From NCBI RefSeq assembly GCF_006345805.1, contig NC_043004.1, positions 4,588,001 to 4,652,000 on the forward strand: DNA of 64,000 bases, read 5' to 3'. The stretch comes from Octopus sinensis. Its lineage: Eukaryota. The notes beneath the pieces were generated by a model. The model searched no databases. It had not been told where the DNA came from and saw only the letters and a list, made by a program, of their open reading frames with translations. A program made the position numbers and the translations under genes. Each line of letters opens with the position of its first letter. Position 1 is the stretch's first letter. Shown here one piece after another: positions 1 through 12,932 of the stretch.

Positions 1-154
1 TGTATGTATGTATGTATGTATGTATGTATGTGTGTGCATGTGCGTATGCATGCGTGTGTGTGTATGTTTGTGTGCTGGTGTATATGTGCGTGACTTTTTC
101 TGCTTTTATGACCTTATGTTCTTGCCTCTATGAACTTACGTATGCTCATGATGT

Positions 155-197
<43 letters not shown>

Positions 198-347
198 TGC
201 ATCTGTGCATGGATTAACTGCTTTTATGAGCAGTTACTAATTTATCATTCATATATATATATATATATATAGTCCCACCCATACCAGCATGGAAGGCAGA
301 TGTTAAACGATGATGATGAGGATAATGGTGATGATGATGATGATGAT

Positions 348-376
348 GATGATGATATATATATATATATATATAT

Positions 377-469
<93 letters not shown>

Positions 470-470
470 C

Positions 471-500
<30 letters not shown>
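348..500. repeat. (TA)n microsatellite preceded by the (GAT)n tail of an RTE-tail SINE
   Basis: Read directly; representative of dozens of (TA)n/(CA)n tracts across the window. Confidence 0.95.
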
Positions 501-501
<1 letters not shown>

Positions 502-818
502 AGAAAAATAAATAAATAACAAATGATGGATGAGTGTCATTCATTCATTTATTTATTTATTTGCTTAAAATACTCCAAAACGGATTCCCAACCCGTTGGA
601 CATTTTGGATTAAATCAAACACGATGCAACCAATATGTGTGCTTTGGACTAGACCCTAGCCGTTAAATACTCATAAGGGTTAAATTCTCTGTATGCATAA
701 CCTGAAACTTTCACTGGATGTACTTCAGTACCCAGTATATTTATTCGACTACTGAATTCAACCCAACCTGGTACCTATCATTTAAGTACCCGATTCTCTT
801 CCAAATCCTTAATACTAT

Positions 819-851
<33 letters not shown>

Positions 852-872
852 AATACCATTATATATATATAT

Positions 873-1560
873 ATAATGGTATTTTTATATAAGCTTAAAG
901 CTTATGGTGATTACCGTGCAATGACAAGGGAAAATAGTCTAATAAAGGGGCATATAAGCCCTCGACAGAAAAAAGAAGGCTTTCCTATCTGCATGGGAGT
1001 TGAATCCACACTCCTTTGTTAACGTAACTAAATGTGTTACCTTTACACCAGCGACTCAGCCTCCCTTTTCCTGTCAAATTTTATAATGGTATTTTTATAT
1101 AAGCGTAAAGCTTATGGTGATCACTGTGCAAAGGCTTTCCTATCCGTCTGGGAGTCAAACCCATATCCCTTTGTTAATGCGACTAAGCATGTTACCTTTA
1201 CACCAGTGAATCGATTTAAGCATATATAAAAATGCCATTTTTATTATTTACAGGATTGTAAAAATGGTGCCGTATAAAAAACCATTTGTACTGAAAGCAT
1301 ATAGAAAGTTTATTTACATATAAAAAAAAACAAACAAGCTATCATAGTTCTTAAATTTGGCAAGCAAAGGGAAACTGATTTGCTGGTGTAAAGGTAACAC
1401 ACTTAGTTGCATTAACAAAGGGATGCAAGTTCGACTCCCATACTGATAGGAAAGCCTTCTTTTTTCTTTGAGTGCTTATATGCCCCTATATTAGACTATT
1501 TTCCTTAGTCATTGCATGGTGATCGCCATAATCTTTAAGCTTATATAAAAATACCATTAT
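873..1560. mobile_element. Head-to-head inverted pair (plus one partial copy) of a tRNA-derived SINE-like element
   Basis: 873-1082 is the reverse complement of 1353-1560. An internally deleted third copy sits at 1084-1215. A-box-like TGGTGTAAAGG (1384) and B box GTTCGACTCC (1429) are on + in the right arm. Confidence 0.7.
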
Positions 1561-3197
1561 TATTATTTGTTTGCTCCTTCTCAAGCCATGCCTGGCTCAT
1601 AGGGCTGGTTTCCCGGTTTCCTTGACATATAGGTTCCCCACCTGGATGGGACGCTGGTCTGTTGCAGGTGAGCTGCAAGATGCAGCAGGAAAGAGTGAGA
1701 GAAAGTTGTGGTGAAAGAGTCAGCAGAAGTTCACCAAAGCTACATGGAGCTTAGGTGTTTTGCTCATAAACACACACATCACCCGATCTGAAATTTGAAC
1801 CTGTGATCCCTCGATATTCCAACTCTTGGAAGCTGTAGAGTCACCTGAGCATACAAGATGAGCGTTATTTGTAATTCAATGGTACAACACTGTAAAAGTT
1901 TGCTTTCATATATACTTAGATTGTAATTTCTGCAATATGGTGCATAAATTGTCAAGTAAAGGAGAGACATCTTTGCCTCCACTGATTCAGTTGCAAAGTG
2001 TTATTTTGAGTAAAGTTATTTGGCTGTAGGCCTCCTTTGAGTCTTTTTATTATAACTAGGTCAAAGATAGTCCCTAGATAGTAACATTGATTTCAAGGCC
2101 TTCCCAGAAAAGTGGCTGGTCATTCAAAGAGATTTATAGATTGTAAATTTATTCTGTCCAGTTACCTATCAGCACAGTGATCATTGGCAAACTCCAGAGG
2201 TAACACTTTCATTTCCCCTTAGCCCTCACATCAAATAGTTGTTAATGTTTAATTGACTTGAGTCACTCCCTTCCAATGCTATAGATCTGTAATGCATCTT
2301 ACAGCTGTGCCCATCACCTGTATGGTGAGGAATCCTACATTGGGGAGTGACAACAACTAGGGGAGGGTAGCTGACTGCTTGGTTTCCTGTAGCTTTGCTT
2401 TCTTTTACAAACCCAGTGAACATTAAAATATTTCCGAATTCAAAGAAATTTGAACAATAGATATAAGACCCAAGTTAGAAAAGATTCAACTTTTCTGGTT
2501 GGCTTTAAGAGTCCCACCCCCACAATAGGGGCTTGACTTCCACATTTTAGAGTTCCAGCTGCTCTGTTTTTCAGGAGCAAAAACCTTTGAATAGGTTTCA
2601 TAATATTTGGATTTTGGAATCTGGGCATAAAGATGAGTAGTATGGAATAGATATGTTGTGATTAGAAATTTTTGTGAGGGTGTGTAAAGAGGGGAAAGAA
2701 CCCTCATTAAAATTCTTAATCTGCAATTTTGATAAAATTTGAATCATAGGTATTCCAGTTCATTAGAGAAAATATAAAAGAAAAGTCTAATTCTTCAATT
2801 CCATGTGACACGGGTAGATAGATAGATAGATAGATAGATAGATTGAATCTAAGTATATATATGAGTGAATGAGTGTATATGTGCATGTGTGTGTGTACAT
2901 ATATACAGAACTTGTAACAAGCTTTAGTAATAAGCATGTATGCAGCAAAGTGTACACCCTATTAATGCAGCAGCCTGATTAATTCTGCAAGTGTGCAGAG
3001 ACTTATAAGAGGCAGCATTTAACTGCATCTGTTCACATTTGGATTTCTAGTCCACAGTAAATACCACCAAATTTCATATCTGTTGACTTTTGGCAGACTC
3101 TTGGTTCTAACCAAAAACTAAGTTACTGGAACCTTTGAGGGTTGAGCTGCTGAGCTGATTCAGCTGTTACTGTCCTGAATGTAGTTAACTGTGCTAA

Positions 3198-3311
3198 ACT
3201 ACTACTACTACTGCTGCTACTACTGCTACTAGTGCTGCTGCTACTGCTGCTGCTGCTGCTACTGCTACTACTACTACTACTACTACTTACTGCTGCTGCT
3301 ACTGCTGCTGT

Positions 3312-3366
<55 letters not shown>

Positions 3367-3388
3367 ATTGCTGTTACTACTACTACTG

Positions 3389-3430
<42 letters not shown>

Positions 3431-3597
3431 TCACAAACACCACCACCACACTGGTACTACTACTACTACTACTGCTGCTGCTGCCCCCACTACTACCACC
3501 ACCATCACTGCCACCACTACTAATACTACTACTATCACCACCACCACTACAAATACTACTACTGCTACTGCTGCTGCTACCACCACCACTACTACTC
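3198..3597. repeat. (TAC/TGC/CAC)n compound trinucleotide repeat
   Basis: Read directly; explains the low-complexity ORFs at 3123-3669. Confidence 0.95.
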
Positions 3598-4307
3598 AAA
3601 GCAACCAATGCACTCAATACCCTTCCTCTCATCACCTTTGCCATATCTCACCTCCACCCCCACCCCTAGAAGTCACATTTAGTATTCAACCTAATCCTTA
3701 AATCAGCAAAAATTTCAGGCACTTGGAATTCCCTTCTCACACCCAGTTTGTTTTAATTAACTAACTTAAACTTGAGTCTACATTATTGTGTCTCATCGCT
3801 GGGTGTCCACACTAATCACTTCATCCAATCATTCCTTCACTGAAAAGCTACCTTCTTCAGTCTCATCTCTGGCCATGTTATTGCTATTTTTTTTCTATGT
3901 TTTTCTTTTTTTTTCCCCTTCTGACGTCAATTCACAGAAGTTCAAAACTAAATATCAATTGCATTGATCTTACTGGGAGAGCTTATCAACATCAATAATG
4001 TTGCCTCCTCCCACTTCTCTGACTAATAAACTATAAAAAAACAAAAAAAGACAGGCAACAAGAAGTCTCTATCTGGCGGCTTATCCTTATGGAAATAGCA
4101 GTTAAACTTCTCTTAGATCACAACCTACTGTCTTTAAAAAAAAAGGGAATAGCTTGCTCCTAACCACAAGGTTCCGGGTTCAGTCCCACTGCGTGGCACC
4201 TTGGGCAAGTGTCTTCTACTATAGTCTCAGGCCAGCCAAAGCCTTTTGAGTGGATTGGTAGATGGAAGCTGAAAAGAAGCCTGTCATATATATGTATATG
4301 TAGAGTA

Positions 4308-4640
4308 TTTCACAGAAGTATGTACACCCCTAAAAAATTTCAATAAAATTGCCATTACTCTGATGGTATTGAAAGAAATCAAACGAAATTTCATATTGAA
4401 TAAAATATATTATACATGCAAACATTATACAAATTTGGAACACAAAACAATAAATATAAATATTATATTATATTATATCATATTATATATGAATGAAATA
4501 TTAATTTTCAAACGATACAAAAATATGTACACCCTAAAGAATTATTTGCTATATTCAATATTTGGTGTGACCGCCCTTGCTTTCAATGGCTGCATTAAGT
4601 CTTCTGGGCATAGAGTTGACTAAATTTCCACATATAACCA
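4308..4640 (-). mobile_element. Tc1-family transposon, 3' end (TIR plus transposase C-terminus)
   Basis: Tc1-type terminus (AGTATTTCACAGAAGTATGTACACCCC). The minus strand encodes SMPRRLNAAIESKGGHTKY*. Confidence 0.8.
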
Positions 4641-5144
4641 ATTAGCTTTTATGCAACTGACCCCGAATGGAAAGATCTGCCAACAGATCTCTGACTTGTT
4701 TTAGAGAATTTGTCGCAATTGCTTTCTCCGGAGTCATATCCCAATGATGATCATATTTGTCACCAAAAATTATGTAAAAAAATTGCCAAAAATAATTGTA
4801 GTAATGAATCCAAAATTTCAAGATTGCAAGTCTGGATTCGGCCTGGAATGTTTTTAATTTACTCAGAGTTGGCCTTTAGATTATAAAAATTGTTATCATA
4901 CAAAAAAATTTGTTGCAAAATGTCATGTAAAAAAATTGCCACAAACAATAAGATTAATGAAAACTTGGACATCCAAAACTTCAGGATTGTGGGTCCAGAT
5001 TCAGCCTGGAATGTTTTTAATTTACTCATGGGGTCAGCTTGATTCCAAAATAATATGATACTTTGGGCTACAACCTCTAGGAGTAAAGTTGAAAAAGTGT
5101 GACACACTGACACACTGACATTCACATTTATTATATTATATTAA

Positions 5145-5350
5145 AGCAGTGAGCTGGCAGAATCATTAGCACGCCAGACGAAATGCTTAGCAGTATTTCA
5201 TCTGCGGTTAGGTTTTGAGTTCGAATTCTGCTGAGATTGACTTTGCCTTTCATCCTTTCAGGGTCGATAACATTAGTACCAGTTATGTACTGGGGTTGAT
5301 GCAATCAACTTTATCCCTTCCCTAAAATTTTAGGCCTTATGCTTCCTGTA
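5145..5350 (+). mobile_element. SINE family B (GAGCTGGCAGAA...GCCTTTCATCCTTTCGGGGTCGATAA); other copies ~10185-10380(-), 19520-19730(+), 43860-44092(-), 46610-46842(-)
   Basis: Several mutually similar copies in the window, each with a tRNA-like head containing a GTTCGAAT/GTTCAAAT B box. Confidence 0.8.
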
Positions 5351-6154
5351 GAAAGAAGTTATTAAAGTTGAAAATGTTTGACACTGACATTCACATTTAT
5401 CATATTAGATATGTTTAATTTTGGGGTAACTTTATTTCAATTAAAGTGTATTTTGTGGATATGTGTGTATCTATATCTGTGTATGTATTAGTATACATCA
5501 CGTGATCACATGACCGACCAGACCATCAGAAGAAAGAGTGAGAGAAAGTTGTGGTGAAAGAGTACAGCAGGGATCACCACCACCTCCTGCCAGAGCCTCG
5601 TGGAACTTTTAGGTGTTTTCACTCAATAAACACTCACAACGCCTGGTCTGGGAATTGAAACTGCAATCCTACAACTGCGAGTCTGCTGCCCTAACCACTG
5701 GGCCATTGCACCTCCGTATTAGTATATATATGTGTGCGTGTGTGTGTATTAAAGAAAGCAAAAAATAAAACAAAAATGATCGTATGTTGGTTCAGTATGT
5801 TGGCCACAGGAATTTCTGTCAAAGAGACATGGTTAAACAAGGTTGTACATCCTCATCCTCTTTCTCTCACATATCCACTCTTTCTCTCTCTCTATTATTA
5901 CTCCCACTGTCACCATTAATACTATTACTTTTAATACAACATCATCAACTCTCCCTAAATTTATTTGTCGCTCTTTCTCTCCTTTTCTTCTTTCTCTCTC
6001 ACTCTCTGTCTATCTTTGCCACTGCCCTCACCATCTCTATGCCTACTATTACTCTAACCCCAGTATACGGAAATGTTATTGAATAGTGAGAGACTGGGGG
6101 CAAAGTGTGACACACAGACACACAGAAATTAGCTTTCACATTTATTATATTAGA

Positions 6155-6490
6155 TGAAATTGACCGCCTTTCATCCTGAATGATGTCTTTCAACTGTGTT
6201 ACATTGTGGGTTTTTTCTCTCAAACCTTTTTTTCAAAACACCTCACAGATGTTCTATTGGGTTTAAATCAGGTGACACGGTAGGCCAAGGCAAAATCTTT
6301 ACCTTTTTATCTGATAAAAACTTAGTCGTTATCTTTCAAGTGTGCTTGGGGTCATTATCATGTTGGAACATGGAATGCCTTCCTAGTTCCTTGATGCTTT
6401 TCAACATTGTTTTCTGCAATATGTCTCAATAGAACCTTGAACCCATTGTTCTCTCATGAGAACTCAATGTGAGTCCTCCCACAGCATGAT
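6155..6490 (-). pseudogene. Tc1 transposase DDE-domain remnant (continuation of 4308-4640, split by later insertions)
   Basis: The minus strand reads FQHDNDPKHT*...KVKILPWPTVSPDLNPIEHL*, with stop codons. Confidence 0.85.
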
Positions 6491-6507
6491 TAATTCAAAA
6501 TAATATG

Positions 6508-6870
6508 AACAAGAGCACTCAGAGAGTGCAAACCCCAGCCAAGGCAACACCAACGTCCACTCAACAATTAGCCGGTGATGATTTTTAAAATGAGAATATC
6601 TAAAATAAACTCAACTGCTCTCACAAATGAGAATACTAAAAATGAACCTGGCTGCTCTCAAAAATTAAGTAAAAAAATGGAAAAATAATCCAGAATCTTT
6701 GTCTGGTACTGGATCAATCTCAAAATCTAATCAACTTGTGCCAGTCACAAGGCAAAACATTCCTGAAAGTTTCATCCAAATCCATCAAGCAGTTCTTGAG
6801 ATATCTTGTCTCACAAACAAACAAACACGACTGAAACAATACCACCACCTTCGTTAAGGCAGAAGTAATA
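6508..6870. mobile_element. Putative Helentron/HINE-type non-autonomous element
   Basis: Small terminal hairpin (GCACTC AGA GAGTGC), degenerate subterminal inverted repeats and an internal (CAAA)n. Classified by architecture only. Confidence 0.3.
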
Positions 6871-7363
6871 TATAAGCATTGTATTTGACAAAGTAATCTG
6901 AATGCTAAAGGGTTAACATAATTCTCAGGAAGATTCAGTGTGACATGGCTGGCTCCTTTGAAACATAGGTACAACTCATTTTTGCCAGCTGAGTAGATTG
7001 GAGCGGAGTGAAATAAAGTGTCTTGCTCAAGGACGCAATGCACCACTGAGAATCGAACACATGTCCTTATTCTTTTATTCTTTTACTTGTTTCAGTCCTT
7101 TGACTGCAGCAATGCTGGAGCACTGCCTTTAGTCGAGCAAATTGGTCCCAGGACTCATTCTTTGTAAAAGCCTGGTACTTATTCTATCAATCTCTAACAT
7201 ACCAGCATCAGTTGTCAAGCGATGTTCGGGGGGTGGGGGTCGAACACAGACACTCAAACACATACATATACATATACATATGCATATGCATATACATATA
7301 CGTACATATATATATATGTTTCAACCCATGCTAGCATGGAAAGCGGACATTAAACGATGATGA

Positions 7364-7397
<34 letters not shown>

Positions 7398-7430
7398 AAT
7401 TAAATTTAAAAACAGAACACAAAGTATAGC

Positions 7431-7521
7431 GCAGTACATGTGTTTCAAGCTTTATAAACAATCCCTTATTACATCAGTGTATTATTGATATAAAAGATGG
7501 TTTAAAGCTCTCTTCAGCCGC
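7431..7521 (-). ncRNA. Type I hammerhead ribozyme motif with long stem II (PLE pLTR remnant)
   Basis: Minus strand: GCGG-CUGAAGA-GAGCUUUAAAC...GUUUAUAAAGCUU-GAAAC-ACAU-GUA-CUGC. The core is canonical and stems I, II and III all pair. Confidence 0.65.
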
Positions 7522-8019
7522 AAACATTGTTAGTTCAAAGAATTGCATCACAATATAAAAAATATGAAAAGTACATGTAGATTACCCATTATAATAGGTT
7601 TATCATATATCCTTGAAAAAGTGTGTTTGTAAAATTTTCTAACTGTATAAATGTATAACGATTCATTGGTTTTCGAAAATCTGCCCATACTGTATCACCT
7701 GTCAACATAGAGTCTCCATAAATATCCGAATATGTATATGTACACATGCCTGCACACACCACGATGTATATGATTGCTTTGTTATGGTAGGCTCTAATTC
7801 CATTTTCTGTATTTGCTTTAAGTGTCAACATCACTTAACAGATTGGTGATAATGATATCAACTTCAAGAAAGTGGGTTTGGCTTGTAAAACAAATCTGCA
7901 GTTTGAATCTATTGCTGAGAGGAAATAGAGAGGTTAGATATCAGGATGTGGGACTTTGCAGATGAGAGGTTATATGAGAATGAGAGGTCAGAGATGAGTG
8001 GTATCATACTACAGACGAT

Positions 8020-9305
8020 GGGTTGGCGGCAGTGGTGGGGATGAGGATGATGAAGATGGTGGTGGTGGCGGCAGTGATGGTGATGATGACAAGGATGTTG
8101 ACAATGATGATGATGATGATGATGGATTAAGTGAAGACGACAACGATGACAATGATGGCAGCAGTAATGATGATGACAATGACATTGGTAGTGGCAACGA
8201 TGATGATGATGATAGTGGTAGTGAGGACAATGATGATGATAATGATGATGATGACGGCAATGACAATGGTGGCTGCAATGATGACAATGATGATGATGAT
8301 GATGGCAGTGGCGATGATAACAACAACAACAATGGTGGTGACAGTGGTGGTGGCGATGACGATGACAACGGTGGTGGCAATGACGATGACAACGGTGGTG
8401 GCGATGATGATGACAACGGTGGTGGTGATGATGATGACAACGGTAGTGGCGATGACAATGACAACGATGGTGGTGATGACGATGACAACGGTAGTGCCGA
8501 TGACAATGACAACGGTGGTGCCAAAGACGATGACAATGGTGGTGGCGAAGACGATGGCAACGGGGGTGACAAAGATGATGACAACGGTGGTGGCAATGAT
8601 GATGACAACGGTGGTGGCGATGACGATGACAACGGTGGTGGCGCTGACGATGACAACGGTGGTAGCAATGACAATGACAATGGTGGTGGCGATGATGATA
8701 ACAACGGTGGTGGTGATGATGATGACAACGGTGGTGGTGATGACGATGACAACGGTAGTGGCGATGACAATGACAACGGTGGTGGTGATGACGATGACAA
8801 CGGTAGTTGCGATGACAAATACAACGGTGGTGGCAAAGACGATGACAACAGTGGGGCCGAAGACAATGGCAACGGTGGTGACAAAGATGATGACAACGGT
8901 GGTGGTGATGATGATGACAACGGTGGTGGCAATGACGATGGCAAAGGTGGTGGCAAAGACGATGACAACGGTGGTGGCGCTGACGATGGCAACGGTGGTG
9001 GCGATGACGATGACAACGGTGGTGGCGATGACGATGACAACGGTGGTGGCGATGACGATGACAACGGTGGTGGCGATGACAATTACAACGGTGGTGGCGA
9101 TGACGATGACAACGGTGGTGGCGCTGACGATGACAATGGTGGTGGCAATGACAACAATGATGATAACGATGATGATGACAACAGTGGCTGTGACGACGAC
9201 GATGACGGCAACAGTGGTAGTGATGATGACAACGATGACGGCAATGACAACAACAACAATGACGACAATGACAATGATGATGATGATAAGGAGGAGGAGG
9301 AGGAG
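8020..9305. repeat. 24-bp minisatellite (GGTGGTGGCGATGACGATGACAAC)n within (GAT)n-rich flanks
   Basis: Roughly 30+ units between ~8345 and ~9150. Open in several frames on both strands only because the unit lacks stops. Confidence 0.9.
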
Positions 9306-9727
9306 CAATATAGAGATATATATATACATCTGTTCAATAAACATATATACATTCTGCTTCCCTGAAAAAACAGACCTCATGATTAAAACCAAGGATTCTA
9401 GCAGCTTGGATTGAGGATTGAGCTGATTAGTTTTTGTCTTTCATTAAAGAGTCTTCGGGAATCATCTGTACACATTCACACATATATTCTTGCCACTTAC
9501 TCCTTAAATACAGTGCTGGATTAACCACTAAGCAAAATAAGTGCATGATTAGGACATCAAAGGAAAGGAGGCACCACAGAAATGGTAAATGGCTAACAGC
9601 ACGAAAGAAATCACTTTAAACTTGTTAAAATAATATTCAGGGTGCCTTGTCTTTACTTTGGATAAAAGCAGATGTGTTACATAAGATTAATTTTGAGGAT
9701 CTGATCAAAACTTGCAATTAGGCAAAG

Positions 9728-10128
9728 TAGTGGCTGTATGGTAAGTAGCTAGCTTATGAACCACATGGTTCCGGGTTCAGTCCCACTGCATGGCACCTTG
9801 GGCAAGTGTCTTCTACTATAGCCTCAGTCTGACCAAAACCTTGTGAGTGGATTTGGTAGATGGAAACTGAAAGAAGCCCGTTGTGTATTTGTATATATAT
9901 ATATATGTGTGTGTGTGTATATGTTTGTGTGTCTGTGTTTGTCCCCCCCATCATCGCTTGACAACCGATGCTGGTGTGTTTATGTCCCCGTAACTTAGCG
10001 GTTCGGCAAAAGAGACTGATAGAATAAGTACTAGGCTTACGGAGAATAAGTCCTGGGGTTGATTTGCTTGACTAAAGGCAGTACTCCAACATGGCCACAG
10101 TCACATGACTGAAACAAGTAAAAGAGTA
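9728..10128 (+). mobile_element. SINE family A, full-length copy (tRNA-like head, internal (TA/TG)n, ...GACTGAAACAAGTAAAAGAG tail); other copies ~7075-7260, 14485-14800, 20030-20440, 20590-20940, 24240-24635, 25180-25708, 42925-43270 (all -), 4148-4290 (+)
   Basis: More than 10 highly similar copies on both strands within the window. Confidence 0.9.
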
Positions 10129-11696
10129 ATTAAAAAAGTAGAAGAAAACTTCTCAAATTTAAATAAAGTGGAAGTAGTCTACTATAGGCATGAGGCCTGA
10201 AATCTGTGGGGGAGGGGACTAGTCAATTACATTGACCCCAGTATTTCACTGGTACTTAATTTATTGACCCTGAAAGGATGAAAGGCAAAGTCAACCTTGG
10301 CAGAATTTGAACTCAGAACGTAAAGATAGGTGAAATATGGCTAAGCATTTTGCCAAGCATGCTAACAATTCTGCCATCACCTTCACAACAGCAACAACAA
10401 CAATAATAATAATAACATCAAAAATTAGCAAATTTTCAAGTTCAGAAAAAAATAATCTGAAGGTAATAAAAGACAATATGGAGCCATTCATAGAAAAGTT
10501 ATGAAAATATTAAACAAAGGTGAATACACAAAGAATTAAATTTATATTGAGTTACTTCTAAGTTATGAAAGTACACTTTCAATGGGTCTCGGGAGCTGAG
10601 TTTCAAAATTTGTTATCTATTTGCTAATTCTAGAAAGTACAACATGGCTTACAAGACAGTGAAATTAAATTTCAAGTAGGTAAACATATTTGAATATATT
10701 TCAGTCTTTCTATGAAAGAGTCTCTGAATTGAACTTAATTTAATTTATTAGTTTACAAGTTGTGGAGTTGTTTTCCAAATTGAACCTTTTGTTATCTTCA
10801 TATTGGCATCTGTTATAAACCAGAATACTAAAATATTTGACCACCAAGCAAAAAGATTTAGTAGCACCAGATTTCAGTCATGCTGTACCTGATGAAAATA
10901 CCAATTATTGTTAAAGTAGCTACACTCTGGCTTTGTATATGTATTCTCTCATTTAGAATGAACAATTTTAAATGCTGTTGGATTTTTCTAAGGTATTGGA
11001 ATCATCATCATCATCATCACCATTCTACCTAAAAAATGGATCTACAAATTCAGTATCCCTACATATCTCACATCTATATTCTTTCCTACACCTCACTCTC
11101 TATTTTTTATCCCATCTAAATTAATTATTACTTAACCATCCTCTCACACTGTCTCCAATGAAGGGAAAATATCCTGGAAAGAGCTGTAAGACATTCTATC
11201 TATGAATGTTCTAATATCTACACAGCCTTGGTTTTTTTTATCTCATTATGCAAAAAAAATTGTTATATTCTCTGATTACCTTAATAAAACTGAAGACACA
11301 AGTTAATCTCTTTCCCTTCTTGAATGCTACAAAACAAGAATAAAAAAAATGACCCAGCTGGGGAAGTGGTAAAGCGTCAGACAAAATATTTTATGGTACA
11401 GTAATTCCTCACCATATTGCGGTTCACCTATTGCGGTTTACCTATCGCAGTTTATTATTTAAGCTTACGTTGATTCCTCCATGGTGTTGTTTTGTATTTA
11501 TAATAAAATATATATATACAAATTATAGAAATAATAAAAAAATACACAGTACAGTATTGTTTCTACTTTGTGGATTTTCACCTATTGCGGGGAGTTTTGG
11601 GATGTTAACACCTGCAATAGTTGAGGGATTACTGCATTTGATTATGTCCAGTTATTTACTGAATTCAATTCCTGCATAGGCTGACTTTGCTTTAGT

Positions 11697-12932
11697 ATGC
11701 AGAAACATGTATTCTACAATCTGATGATATCATTCTTGACACACCTTAGTGTTTTCACACACATTCTTTATATTGAGTATTTCTTTTCCTAGACAGTCAT
11801 CACAGAGGTTTTTCTACATTTGCTTAGATATGAATTGTGTTAAATATAAATGTACACATTTTTAGTTTTATAATCATTATTTTGTGTAACTTTAATTAAT
11901 TCAGTCTGATAAAGCTTTGTACACACCAGCAAATATATTCTTTGCTGTTTACATATGAGAATGCTTGGCGTTAGGAAGGGCATCCAGCTGTAGAAACTCT
12001 GCCGGATCAGATTGGAGTCTGGTGCAGCCATCTGGTTTGCCAGACCTCAGTCAAATCGTCCAACCCATGCTAGCATGGAAAGCGAACATTAAACGACGAT
12101 GATGATGGTGATGAATGACTGTTCTTAGTGGGCTATGAATGACTAATTCAGAATCTGTAGCTGATGAACTATAACTGCACTGAAATACCATTTTGAGGTT
12201 GATAAGTACCAATGAAGAACAGAGTTGATTACATTCAACTATGTGTTTGAAGGATGTGTCCCAGAATGGTCATAAGTCAACGAGTGAAATCATGAACAGA
12301 ATGAAAAGAATATGGAAAAACATGAAATGAAATTGTGCTAAATTGTGTCTATAGTTCTAGTAAACCTGTCTTTAGTTATTATATAAATTTAAAAAATTAT
12401 ATCAAAAATTTTTGTGTACATTCAAATGTGGAAAGACATTCTCTAGAATAACTGTCTGGGAAGAGAAATTCACCTTATAGGCAATGTCTGTGAAAACATT
12501 GAGCCAGACTATGAACAACATCATTGGAGAGTAAGATACATATATCTGTGTTGTTACACATCACCTGTCAAAGACACTGAATTCATCATTAACAACCCAC
12601 TAAAAGCATTCATTCGTATATGTAAACAGCAAATAATATATTTGCTGGTGTGTGCAGAGTTTTGTCAAGTCAGAATTAATTAAAAGCACACAAAGAATTG
12701 ATTATTAAGATATGATGTGTACATTTATATTGAACTTGTTTGTGTACATTCAAATGTAAAAAGACTTTTTCTATGACTACTGTCTGAGAAGAGAAATTTT
12801 CCTTATAGACAGTGTGTGTGAAAACACTGAACTGGGCTATGAATATCATCATCAGACTGAGGGTATACGTTTCTGCATGTTACACTTCATCAGTGACAGA
12901 CAGAATCCATAGCCTACTAAGAACTGCCATTC
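11697..12932. repeat. ~330-bp repeat unit: tandem copies (12413-12932) plus an inverted copy (11697-12178, interrupted by an RTE-tail SINE at 11966-12113)
   Basis: TGTGTACATTCAAATGT recurs at 12413 and 12741. 11870-11958 is the reverse complement of ~12615-12705. Confidence 0.75.

Noticed and set aside
936-970. Hammerhead-like CTAATAAAGGGG...CCCTCGACAG
   Set aside because: Too many core mismatches and no clear stem I or III.
1820-2710. Possible decayed LINE coding sequence
   Set aside because: I could not recover diagnostic RT or EN motifs by eye, so it is left unannotated.
7998-9414. Long ORFs (357-455 aa) on both strands
   Set aside because: Artefacts of a stop-free 24-bp minisatellite. 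They are open in several frames at once, and there is no splice or domain evidence.
12413-12530. C2H2 zinc-finger-like CGKTFS fragment
   Set aside because: No paired His residues or TGEKP linker, and stops follow; it is part of a 330-bp repeat.
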